From: a virus
Length of the DNA stretch: 36,248 nt
Virus record (IMG/VR): IMGVR_UViG_3300045988_150173
Span: 1-36,248 of that record
Direction: 5' to 3' (one strand)
A model generated the notes under the pieces. That model made no database searches and was not told the DNA's origin. It saw nothing but the letters and a program-made list of their open reading frames with translations. The position numbers were made by a program, and so were the translations under genes. This document shows positions 24,575-32,198 of the stretch, one piece after another; the first letter of the stretch is position 1, and each line of letters starts with the position of its first letter.

Positions 24575-24586
24575 TAGTATTCCTCC

Positions 24587-24781
24587 TTAATCCACGTCAT
24601 CAATGACTTCCGTAATACTATCAATCGAAGCAATTGGGATAATGACCCGTCGGTTGTTCAAGTTAGTACCAATGAGCACCACTGTCCCAGCATGGTCTAA
24701 TGCTCGCCTTGCTTCCTGATACGTCGTTTTCAGCTTGTGGGTCTCTCCACTAATCGTTTGAACTTTAATCAACTTCATCAT
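24587..24781 (-). CDS. Hypothetical protein (64 aa, acidic C-terminus)
   Basis: ORF translationally coupled to the upstream XRE gene (TAATGATG). Confidence 0.5.
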   Translation of the reverse strand: MMKLIKVQTISGETHKLKTTYQEARRALDHAGTVVLIGTNLNNRRVIIPIASIDSITEVIDDVD

Positions 24782-24984
24782 TATCCTTTCTCATCAGACC
24801 AGCCGACTAAGTAAGCCGGACTGACATGCAGTGCAGAAGCAAGGCATTCCCACATAGCCAGGCCAAGTTCACGAAGGTTATTTTCATAATTAGATATCGT
24901 ATTATCAGCAAACCCTACCTGGTTTCCCAGCTCCGCCTGGCTCATTCCCAATGCCAGTCGGCACTCTCTAATTCGATTCTTCAT
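24781..24984 (-). CDS. XRE-family HTH protein (67 aa)
   Basis: CRLALGMSQAELGNQVGFADNTISNYENNLRE is a canonical HTH_3 motif. Confidence 0.8.
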   Translation of the reverse strand: MKNRIRECRLALGMSQAELGNQVGFADNTISNYENNLRELGLAMWECLASALHVSPAYLVGWSDEKG

Positions 24985-25132
24985 TGTCGTTTACCTCCCG
25001 AAATACGCTAATATCTTCAGCACGGACATAACACTTTGAGGACAACTGAAGAAAAATTGGATTTGCTTTCAGTCCTTCGATAATCTGGTCTAGTGTTAAT
25101 GTCGTACAGTTAACGACGTCCCCATTCGTCAT
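24968..25132 (-). CDS. Small hypothetical protein (54 aa)
   Basis: Hand-translated as MTNGDVVNCTTLTLDQIIEGLKANPIFLQLSSKCYVRAEDISVFREVNDNEESN. It fills the gap between two tracked ORFs. The RBS is weak. Confidence 0.35.
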   Translation of the reverse strand: MTNGDVVNCTTLTLDQIIEGLKANPIFLQLSSKCYVRAEDISVFREVNDNEESN

Positions 25133-25139
25133 TCTTAAT

Positions 25140-25370
25140 TCAATCATGTTTAGTTCCTTTCACTTTCCGCCATTGCTCTTCTTGATAATCGGCAACGGCA
25201 ACTAAAATCTTCACTACTAGTGGATTGCGGTTGTACCGTACTTCAATCCTCCCCAGCGTTTCAGTCAGCCACTTCCAGTAGCAATCACTGGTCAGTCCCT
25301 CACGCTGTAACATGACGTTTGATGCTTTCATCCACTCTTGCAGGTCATTAAAGAACGCTGCCCAGTTCAT
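25140..25370 (-). CDS. Hypothetical protein (76 aa)
   Basis: The ATG at 25370 follows a GAGGGTGG RBS, with an ATGA overlap on the RusA stop (MNWAAFFNDLQEW...). Confidence 0.55.
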   Translation of the reverse strand: MNWAAFFNDLQEWMKASNVMLQREGLTSDCYWKWLTETLGRIEVRYNRNPLVVKILVAVADYQEEQWRKVKGTKHD

Positions 25371-25972
25371 GATTCCACCCTCACTGCTGGGGTCAGGCTG
25401 ATAAACAAACCCGGAATCGTCGCCCAAAACTTCTGCGCTACCAGGCTAACCACGAAACGGTCGTCCTCGTAGAAGTCCAGACTATTCATCACGTCTTGCA
25501 GAAGTTTCGCCAGGTTGTCACAGTCCGGCTTGGTCGTCTTCGGCTGCCCATCATATGAGCCAGCTACCACCGGGAAGCAGAATTTCACCACCAGTTCGAC
25601 TGGGCCCTTCATTGGCTGCTTTGGCCGATACTGTGCCAGGTGGTCAGTTAAGTTGGCCCGTGCCTGCTTCAGCTCAGTCGGCTCATAGAAAACAGGCTTA
25701 CCATGAACAATGTGAACCTGCTTTTCTTGGTGGGTTACCGTTGGAATTTTCATTGGGATAAAGAACTGCAGTGAGGGCTTAGGTGCCAGTCCTTGCAGAT
25801 ACTCCACAGATACATTAAAGAAATCAGCTAATTTCATCCAAGTATCTAATTTGGGTTCAGTTTTCCCAGATTCATAATTGTTATAGGTGCCTCTATTAAT
25901 GCCTGTCTTTTCCTGTATATCATCAAGCGTCAACTGTTTTTCTTTTCTCAACTTTCTTAAACGGTTTTGCAT
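25367..25972 (-). CDS. Fusion protein: N-terminal XRE HTH plus RusA-like Holliday junction resolvase
   Basis: Residues 1-60 (LRKEKQLTLDDIQEKTGINRGTYNNYESGK) form an HTH_3 domain. The C-terminal part carries the RusA-type KPDCDNLAKLLQDVM...YEDDRFV...KFW..PG motif. It is a single uninterrupted ORF. Confidence 0.65.
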   Translation of the reverse strand: MQNRLRKLRKEKQLTLDDIQEKTGINRGTYNNYESGKTEPKLDTWMKLADFFNVSVEYLQGLAPKPSLQFFIPMKIPTVTHQEKQVHIVHGKPVFYEPTELKQARANLTDHLAQYRPKQPMKGPVELVVKFCFPVVAGSYDGQPKTTKPDCDNLAKLLQDVMNSLDFYEDDRFVVSLVAQKFWATIPGLFISLTPAVRVES

Positions 25973-26250
25973 TGGTCTAGTCCTCCTTACTTTTAATTGG
26001 CTACTTACTTTTTAACAGAGTCAACACCTTTTTAAATTTTGGGGTGCGCTTGTTAGCGCCCGTGTCTTCAGTCAGGTCCCCTCCGTCACCCGTCAACTCT
26101 CCCTGTCCAGGGATAGAGTTGACGGGGAGGGGTCCTGAAACGTTGACCTGACAACGTTTTGATACAGGTTGTCAGTTTGTCAGGTCTAAATAGAGTTTAC
26201 TCACGTTGTCAGTGTCAGGTCTAAATAGAGTTGACAGCCTTGACAACTGC
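25973..26250. repeat. Iteron- and palindrome-rich non-coding region: candidate origin of replication
   Basis: A 20-bp perfect direct repeat TGTCAGGTCTAAATAGAGTT occurs at 26178-26197 and 26213-26232. There are about five copies of TAGAGTTGAC-like motifs in both orientations and four copies of GTCAGGTC. A long imperfect palindrome spans 26073-26137, and AAACGTTG-N6-CAACGTTT lies at 26138-26159. Confidence 0.6.
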
Positions 26251-28503
26251 TTATTTTTTCTTAGTAACATTTCCATCTACTATTTCGTAATTAGGATTTT
26301 GCTTTACACGATAATAAATAGCTGTCCGTTTAACTTCTAGGTATGCTGCCATTTGAGTAGCTGCTACTGAATCAGAACCGTCATTAAGAATGTTAAATGC
26401 CTCTTCTAAATCAGATTGCGTCTTATCATGTTTTGACTGATTAGCATTTTGCACACCAGTTTTCCATTTCTGCTTCTGAGCCTCTAATGGATTCTCAATC
26501 GCCACCGTGTCTAGCTTGTGGTCTACCTCGTAAACCGGGTACTTGAACCAGTAGCTGATTGGGCGAAACGACGGGAATTCCCGCAGGGTCCCCTCAAGCC
26601 GCCAGGCCGTATGCAGTGCTGCTTGTTCTTTGACCTGCTGGCGTTCTCCTGCAATCCGTTGTAAAAGAGCTTGCTTGTTCGGCAGGTCGACAAAGGCACT
26701 CATCAAGTGGTCATCCATTTTGCGGACGTTCATCATGTCCGCTTCCGGCACCTGATGTTCGGGATTGTACTTAGCGATTTCACCCGCAATGAAGCGGCAC
26801 TCCTCATCAATCACGTGGGTAGTTCGTAGGTTTTCATCAACCGGTAATGGCGTTGCTGTCAAGATACTATCGGGATCCCGTGAGAAGACCCCCGAACCGC
26901 TTGACCGCTCCATTGACGACTTGCCACCTTGGGCACCCTTGCTGAAGTGGTGAGCATAGATGACGGAACTTCCCAGCTCGGTCGCAATCTTGTCGAACTG
27001 GTTGACGAACTTTGCCATATCAGAGGCAGAGTTTTCATCCCCCGTCAGGACCTTGTAAATTGGGTCAATGATAATTGCTGAGTAGTGACCGTCTTGGGCT
27101 CGCCGAATCAGCTTCGGGGTCAGCTTGTCCATCGGAGTTGTCTTCCCCCGCAGGTTCCACATATCAATATTGTTGACGTTGTTGTGGCTAATCCCCATTG
27201 CTTTGTAGATGTCGACTAGCCGCTTCTTAGCGGAGTTCGGGTCGATTTCCAAGTTAACGTACAGCACCCGGCCTTGCTCGCACTGGAAGCCATTCCACTG
27301 GGTCCCCTCGGCAATCGCAATTGCTAGCTGCATGAGTCCAAATGACTTTCCGGCTTTACTAGGGGCCGCGAATAACATCTTGTGCCCCAGCCGCAAAATA
27401 CCATGGATCAGTTCCGGCGCCAGGTGAATTGGCTTGTCGAACAAGTCATTTAGGTTTTCAATGTCTGGCAGATTGTCGTTCAAGTCTTCGATGTAATCTT
27501 TCCAACTTGCCCAATCCGCCAGACCAATGTTAGAATCAACTAAGAATTGTTTATCCCCGTTGCGTTCAAAGCCCGGTAAGCGGCTAAGGCGTGACGGGTT
27601 TTTATCTTGAGTGTCGATTTCAATCCCGTTTTGATTCAACACGGTGTACAGGTACTGGACCCGTTCTTGGTACTCGTACTTGTTCTTGGCGTCAATCTTA
27701 ACTAGAGCGTGTAGGCTCTTGCCGGCTGAGTAAGTCAGAGTGGCAATCGGCAGATTGAGCTTGCGGAACAGTTCGTTCTGTCGCTCCAACTCCAAACTGT
27801 CACTCTCTACTAAGGTATACTCAAACTTAGCCACGTTGGCGTTTTTAATCCCGTCCCCATCGAGGGGGTTGATTCGCATCCAGGCCCCCGCCTGTGGGTT
27901 GGGGTCGCCGAACACTAACGAAATATCACCTTTGCAACTGTCCAGGGCTTTTAGCAAATCCCCCGCAGTCCGGGTGTATACTCCATTCCCTGACGGTACC
28001 CATTTTGTGGTGCCGTCTTTTTCTTCCTTTGGATAAGCCTGTGTGACGTAATTGATATAGTCTTCCGGCTTGTAAAGAGCTTGCACGAAACGCTTAATCT
28101 GGTCCACTGGATCCCAGTTCTTCGGTTCCTGAAGTTTAGTCCCCTTGATGTAGTCCGTATCAATCAGCCGATAGCCTCGGTCCAGGTCGTCCACTTCTAA
28201 GGCGGAATCCCAGTCCAGGACTTCATCATCGTGGCTTGCTGGCTGCCAGCCGGCATTCTTAGCCATCTGAGTAATGGTGGCCCCCGTGACGACACTGCCT
28301 GCTTCTTCCTTAAAAGTGCGCCACTTGCGTTCACACTCTCCAGCATGGTAGCGTGATCCGTCACGTTGCGACCACTGGTCCCAATCTGATACAGAATAGC
28401 CTTCGTGCTTGAGGGCCATCCCTACCTGGGCCCATTCCGTATAGGAACAAGCCGCCGGGTCGATATAGTTCAGTAAGGGACGTAAGTCGAATTGCTCGTC
28501 CAT
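26251..28503 (-). CDS. Primase-polymerase / replicative ATPase (PriCT-2-like N-terminus, prim-pol core, AAA_25/RepA-like P-loop, C-terminal HTH)
   Basis: 750 aa. YTEWAQVGMALKHEGYSVSDWDQWSQRD matches PriCT-2. Walker A is AAPSKAGKSF and Walker B-like is AIIIDPI. The C-terminal VAATQMAAYLEVKRTAIYYRV is an HTH. Confidence 0.75.
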   Translation of the reverse strand: MDEQFDLRPLLNYIDPAACSYTEWAQVGMALKHEGYSVSDWDQWSQRDGSRYHAGECERKWRTFKEEAGSVVTGATITQMAKNAGWQPASHDDEVLDWDSALEVDDLDRGYRLIDTDYIKGTKLQEPKNWDPVDQIKRFVQALYKPEDYINYVTQAYPKEEKDGTTKWVPSGNGVYTRTAGDLLKALDSCKGDISLVFGDPNPQAGAWMRINPLDGDGIKNANVAKFEYTLVESDSLELERQNELFRKLNLPIATLTYSAGKSLHALVKIDAKNKYEYQERVQYLYTVLNQNGIEIDTQDKNPSRLSRLPGFERNGDKQFLVDSNIGLADWASWKDYIEDLNDNLPDIENLNDLFDKPIHLAPELIHGILRLGHKMLFAAPSKAGKSFGLMQLAIAIAEGTQWNGFQCEQGRVLYVNLEIDPNSAKKRLVDIYKAMGISHNNVNNIDMWNLRGKTTPMDKLTPKLIRRAQDGHYSAIIIDPIYKVLTGDENSASDMAKFVNQFDKIATELGSSVIYAHHFSKGAQGGKSSMERSSGSGVFSRDPDSILTATPLPVDENLRTTHVIDEECRFIAGEIAKYNPEHQVPEADMMNVRKMDDHLMSAFVDLPNKQALLQRIAGERQQVKEQAALHTAWRLEGTLREFPSFRPISYWFKYPVYEVDHKLDTVAIENPLEAQKQKWKTGVQNANQSKHDKTQSDLEEAFNILNDGSDSVAATQMAAYLEVKRTAIYYRVKQNPNYEIVDGNVTKKK

Positions 28504-28540
28504 CGTTTACCTTCTTTCTGTTAAATTTTCAGCGCTGAAT

Positions 28541-28584
28541 GCCAAGTGGGGGATTCGGACCCCCACCAGTCACCGTGACTTGGC
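28541..28584 (-). other. GC-rich hairpin with tRNA acceptor/T-arm-like geometry (not a tRNA)
   Basis: The minus strand reads GCCAAGT-cacggtgactggt-GGGGG-TCCGAAT-CCCCC-ACTTGGC-A. It follows the helicase stop directly. A 12-bp palindrome TTCAGCGCTGAA lies at 28528-28539. Confidence 0.4.
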
Positions 28585-30167
28585 TAGTTACTTGGCACAA
28601 AAGTTTGCACATTGATATTAAACGGCACTCGCCAGTGATTAGCGGCAATTCGTCCGATCATGCTCTTGGCCGCTTCAAAGGACCACATGCCGACATTCTG
28701 GAAGCCGTAGATTTCCAGGCGATGAATCTGCTTGGGCGTGGCGAACCCGTTTTGACTACGCTTAATCAAACGGGTAATCATTACGGACGCCTTGCCTGCA
28801 TTACCAATCGTTGTTGGATCAATTCCGAACCGTTCCAGGGTGGCGGATTGCTTATCACTCATCGGGCCCATTTCCCAGCCGAACGCTGGTTGGTAGTTTG
28901 CTAGGTCGAGGTCTTGAATCGACATTTCAAACTGCAAAGGGTCAACGAGTTTCCGCCGCTTGTGCCGTACTTCTTCGAGCCGCTTCTTCAAAGCGTCCTC
29001 TCGCTCTTGAACCACGTCTCGCTCCGCCTTCTCCTCGGCTTCTTGCAGGTCAGTAGCTTCCTCGCTTTCAGCCTGCTGTTCGGTCATCTTCTTCGCCACC
29101 TCGCCATTGGTAGTGATTAAGTTGGCTGGGTGACAGAGTTCATGGCGTTCCGTGTTCCAGAGGAAGTCCAGCAAGAGCAGGCTTTCCTTGCCAGGGGCTA
29201 AACGGGTCCCCCGCCCTACCATCTGAACGTATAAGGACCGAACTTTGGTGGGCCGTAAGACAACAATGCAGTCAACTTGTGGGCAGTCCCAGCCCTCCGT
29301 CAGCAGCATGGAATTACACAACACCTGATAGCGCCCGCCAGCATAATCGGCCAGGATCTGTTCCCGGTCTTCGGATTGCCCATCGACTTCCGCCGCCGTC
29401 ATGCCCCGTTCTTGTAGTAACTTGGTAAACTGCTTGGCCGTCCTTACCAGCGGTAAGAACACCACCGTCTTACGGTCCTGGCACTGCTTGACCATTTCAT
29501 CAGCAATCTGTTCCAGATACGGTTCCAAAGCGTCCCCCAACTGACCAGCGGAGTAGTCCCCCGCCGTTTGTTGAACACTGGTGATGTCCAGGTTTAGCGG
29601 AATCGTTAGGGCTTCAATCTTGGACAGGTAGCCCTCATTGATGGCCTTAGGGAGCTTGTACTCGTAAGCCAGGCTATCGAAGTATTCTCCCAGGTTCTTC
29701 ATGTCGCCCCGATCCGGTGTAGCCGTGACTCCTAGGACTTTCGCATTCTCAAAGTGCTTCAAGACCTTCTGGTAGCTATCGCTGATGGCGTGGTGCGCTT
29801 CATCAACTACAATCGTGTCGAAGTAGTCTCGAGTGAACTTCGCCAGTCGTTTGTCACCCTGCATGGTTTGCACGGAACCAACAACCACACGGGCCGGATT
29901 GCCTAGGCTGGTCTGACTTGCCATTTCGGTAGCAGTAGCCAGGCCGCAGGCTTTATAGAGCTTGTCGGAAGCCTGCTCAAGCAACTCTTCCCGATGAGCT
30001 AGTACCAGGACCCGGTCACCATTTGCCACACAATCCTGAATAACTTTGGCAAAGACAATCGTTTTCCCAGTTCCGGTTGGTAGAACCAGCAAGGTCTTGC
30101 GGTTACCCTGTTGCCACTCGGCTTCAATGGCTTGCCGGGCTTCTTCTTGATATTGACGCAGTTCCAT
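28584..30167 (-). CDS. SF2 DEAD/DEAH-box helicase
   Basis: 527 aa. Motif I is LPTGTGKT, motif II is VVDEAHH, motif III is TATP and motif VI is QMVGRGTR. Confidence 0.9.
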   Translation of the reverse strand: MELRQYQEEARQAIEAEWQQGNRKTLLVLPTGTGKTIVFAKVIQDCVANGDRVLVLAHREELLEQASDKLYKACGLATATEMASQTSLGNPARVVVGSVQTMQGDKRLAKFTRDYFDTIVVDEAHHAISDSYQKVLKHFENAKVLGVTATPDRGDMKNLGEYFDSLAYEYKLPKAINEGYLSKIEALTIPLNLDITSVQQTAGDYSAGQLGDALEPYLEQIADEMVKQCQDRKTVVFLPLVRTAKQFTKLLQERGMTAAEVDGQSEDREQILADYAGGRYQVLCNSMLLTEGWDCPQVDCIVVLRPTKVRSLYVQMVGRGTRLAPGKESLLLLDFLWNTERHELCHPANLITTNGEVAKKMTEQQAESEEATDLQEAEEKAERDVVQEREDALKKRLEEVRHKRRKLVDPLQFEMSIQDLDLANYQPAFGWEMGPMSDKQSATLERFGIDPTTIGNAGKASVMITRLIKRSQNGFATPKQIHRLEIYGFQNVGMWSFEAAKSMIGRIAANHWRVPFNINVQTFVPSN

Positions 30168-30775
30168 TAGAAGGCCCCCGGTTGTCCACCATTAGCCCCC
30201 TGCTGGCCGTTAAACGGTTGCTGAGGTTGACCATTCATCGGTTGTTGGGGTTGCTGTGGCTGTTGTGGGAATGGCATTTGGGACTGGTTCATTTGACCCT
30301 GGCTCTGCTGACTAGCCACATTGGCATTCACTGCTGGAGTTGGGTCCTGTGGCTTCAAGTAGCGGCTAATCTGGTTATTAGTCCGGTCGTCCCCGTTTTG
30401 GTTGGTGTAGTGGTGCTGGGTGATTTCAGCCTTACCTGTGGAACCGATAACCGTTGACCAGTTAGGCGTGAAGGGTTGTCCGGTAACGACCGGCTGACCA
30501 ATGCCAGCAAAAAATTGGGTTAGCTTCCACAACATCGACTTCATTAAGTACAGCCGCTCTTTGATGTTGGCCGTGCCCTTCTGCGATTCAACCTGAATGG
30601 TTAGCTCAGCATATGGGCACCCGTTCGGAATTTTTGAAGAGTTACCGTCGTAGACCTTCTTTTCCATCTTGGCTACCGTGAAGTTGTAGACCCCTTCGTC
30701 CAGTAAGACAAATTCGTTTTCTTGTGCGGTGAAGCCTTCGCCCCATTGTAAGAATTCGTTGTTTTCGTTATTCAT
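30167..30775 (-). CDS. DUF669-like protein with a Q/P-rich C-terminal tail (possible SSB-like accessory protein)
   Basis: 202 aa, between the AAA_24 ATPase and the helicase, as DUF669 usually is. The low-complexity QQPQQPQQP tail ends in GAF. Confidence 0.55.
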   Translation of the reverse strand: MNNENNEFLQWGEGFTAQENEFVLLDEGVYNFTVAKMEKKVYDGNSSKIPNGCPYAELTIQVESQKGTANIKERLYLMKSMLWKLTQFFAGIGQPVVTGQPFTPNWSTVIGSTGKAEITQHHYTNQNGDDRTNNQISRYLKPQDPTPAVNANVASQQSQGQMNQSQMPFPQQPQQPQQPMNGQPQQPFNGQQGANGGQPGAF

Positions 30776-30786
30776 GAATTAGTACC

Positions 30787-31743
30787 TCATTTCTTGATTT
30801 GTGTGTTGTAAAAGTTGATTGCATCCGACCAGTGATCATTGATATGCTGCCAGGTCGCCGCCGGCACTTGCGACATTGGTGTGCCTGGTGCGACAAACTT
30901 GCCTTGATACAGAATGGCTTGTAGGTCAGCTAGCTGAATCTGGCTCCCAATCATCTTGGTAAGAATATCAGCCGGGACCTCATCATTGTCAGGTTCAGCA
31001 GGTGGCTGTTTAGTTAGACCCATCACCTTTTCTAGCGGCCCCTTAATGGCGTCATAGTTGAATGGCAACTGGTCATCTAACCCCAGTCGATTCTTGGCGT
31101 CCCAGGCGGGCTTGTGGGTAGTGTACATAACCCGTTGGCCCCCTTGGGCTTTGCCATGACCATTAGAATCGGTAACGACTGTGGTCTTGTAATCGGCGAA
31201 CAGGAGTAAGTCGGCCCACTCCTTTAGCAGAGCGGAATTCTTATCCCGGTCTAGTTTTAGCTCCCAGCGGTCATAGCGACCAACCTCATCAGGCTGTTCT
31301 CGTTTGACCAACTTGGCGTGGGCAACAACGACCACATTAATGCCGGCCTGAGTAACCAAGTTCAGGCCATTCAGCAGCCGGATAATTTCATCGGTCCAGG
31401 TCACGTACTTAGTTCCGTAACCAGCGGCGTCCATGAGCTTCCAGTTATGCTTCTTGAGCAGCCACTCTTTCGCCATCAGTTCGGCCTTGTCCATTGTGTC
31501 CAAGACTAAAGTCTTTGCTGGCCGCTTGGTAGCTACGAAATTTACTTCATTCAGCAGCTCGTCCCAATCCTTGGGGTATGGTAGCCGCTTGGCGTCAATG
31601 AAGCTCGTCCCCTTATCATCAGTGTCGATGAATAGCGGCTCGGGAAATTGACTAGCAAAAGTGGTTTTCCCGATTCCCTCGGGTCCGTAAATGACGACCT
31701 TCTGCGGTCTGGCCTGGCGAGTGTTAGTGATTTCAAATTCCAT
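30787..31743 (-). CDS. AAA_24 / Sak4-like RecA-type ATPase
   Basis: 318 aa. Walker A is YGPEGIGKTT and Walker B-like is TLVLDT. This is the typical partner of DUF669 and a helicase. Confidence 0.75.
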   Translation of the reverse strand: MEFEITNTRQARPQKVVIYGPEGIGKTTFASQFPEPLFIDTDDKGTSFIDAKRLPYPKDWDELLNEVNFVATKRPAKTLVLDTMDKAELMAKEWLLKKHNWKLMDAAGYGTKYVTWTDEIIRLLNGLNLVTQAGINVVVVAHAKLVKREQPDEVGRYDRWELKLDRDKNSALLKEWADLLLFADYKTTVVTDSNGHGKAQGGQRVMYTTHKPAWDAKNRLGLDDQLPFNYDAIKGPLEKVMGLTKQPPAEPDNDEVPADILTKMIGSQIQLADLQAILYQGKFVAPGTPMSQVPAATWQHINDHWSDAINFYNTQIKK

Positions 31744-31745
31744 AT

Positions 31746-32129
31746 TTAAAACACTTCCGTTCCCAGTGCATCAGATTCATTTTTCGGTTTGAAACGATAA
31801 ATATGGTAGTTGAGGTTCCCCTTATAGTTTTCTAAAACCACAACCATTTTCCCTTCAACTTCAGCATCACCCAGGACTACAATGTCAGGACTATAACCGC
31901 CAAATAAGCTACCTTCGACCGTTAGACTTTTAATCGGATGAAAATTAATGAAAGGATATGGGCGCGGTGGGTAATTGCTGTCTTTTATGGTTGTCCTCCC
32001 ATAAAGATGTTTTCCATCAGGTTCAAATTCCCAAAACTCAGTCTTCTTGCTTTCTTTCAGCCATTTACTAATTAATGGTTCCATGTGCATTAGTTTTAGT
32101 AATTGCCTTGCACCATTTGATTTATGCAA
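31746..32129 (-). CDS. Orphan hypothetical protein (127 aa), visibly AT-rich
   Basis: An ORF inserted between the Gp157-like and AAA_24 genes. The start is TTG after AAGGAGGAA, or the internal ATG (MHMEPL...). No family was recognised. Confidence 0.55.
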   Translation of the reverse strand: MHKSNGARQLLKLMHMEPLISKWLKESKKTEFWEFEPDGKHLYGRTTIKDSNYPPRPYPFINFHPIKSLTVEGSLFGGYSPDIVVLGDAEVEGKMVVVLENYKGNLNYHIYRFKPKNESDALGTEVF

Positions 32130-32165
32130 ATTAATTTCCTCCTTAAAGTTTCAGATTAATAATCT

Positions 32166-32192
32166 AATTTACGGATTTGAAATCCGTAAATT
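32166..32192. repeat. 27-bp perfect palindrome AATTTACGGATTT-G-AAATCCGTAAATT
   Basis: Read directly. Two 13-nt arms surround one central base, between the Gp157-like stop and the orphan gene RBS. A second small palindrome, AGATTAATAATCT, is adjacent. Confidence 0.85.
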
Positions 32193-32198
32193 AAACAC

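Noticed and set aside
25973-26250. Possible CRISPR-like array, because of the many short repeats
   Set aside because: The repeat units are of several different types and in both orientations, with irregular spacing (for example 35 bp once). There are no uniform spacers, no cas genes and no leader. The region fits an origin/iteron region better.
28541-28584. Possible tRNA gene
   Set aside because: Only acceptor-like and T-arm-like helices are present. There are no D-arm, anticodon arm or CCA, and the T-loop deviates at the conserved position 55. It is reported as a structure, not as a tRNA.
30167-30330. Q/P-rich repetitive coding DNA (CAACAGCCACAGCAACCCCAACAACCG...) as a tandem repeat or mobile feature
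   Set aside because: It is in frame within the DUF669-like ORF and encodes a low-complexity QQPQQP tail. It is a protein-level feature rather than a DNA element.
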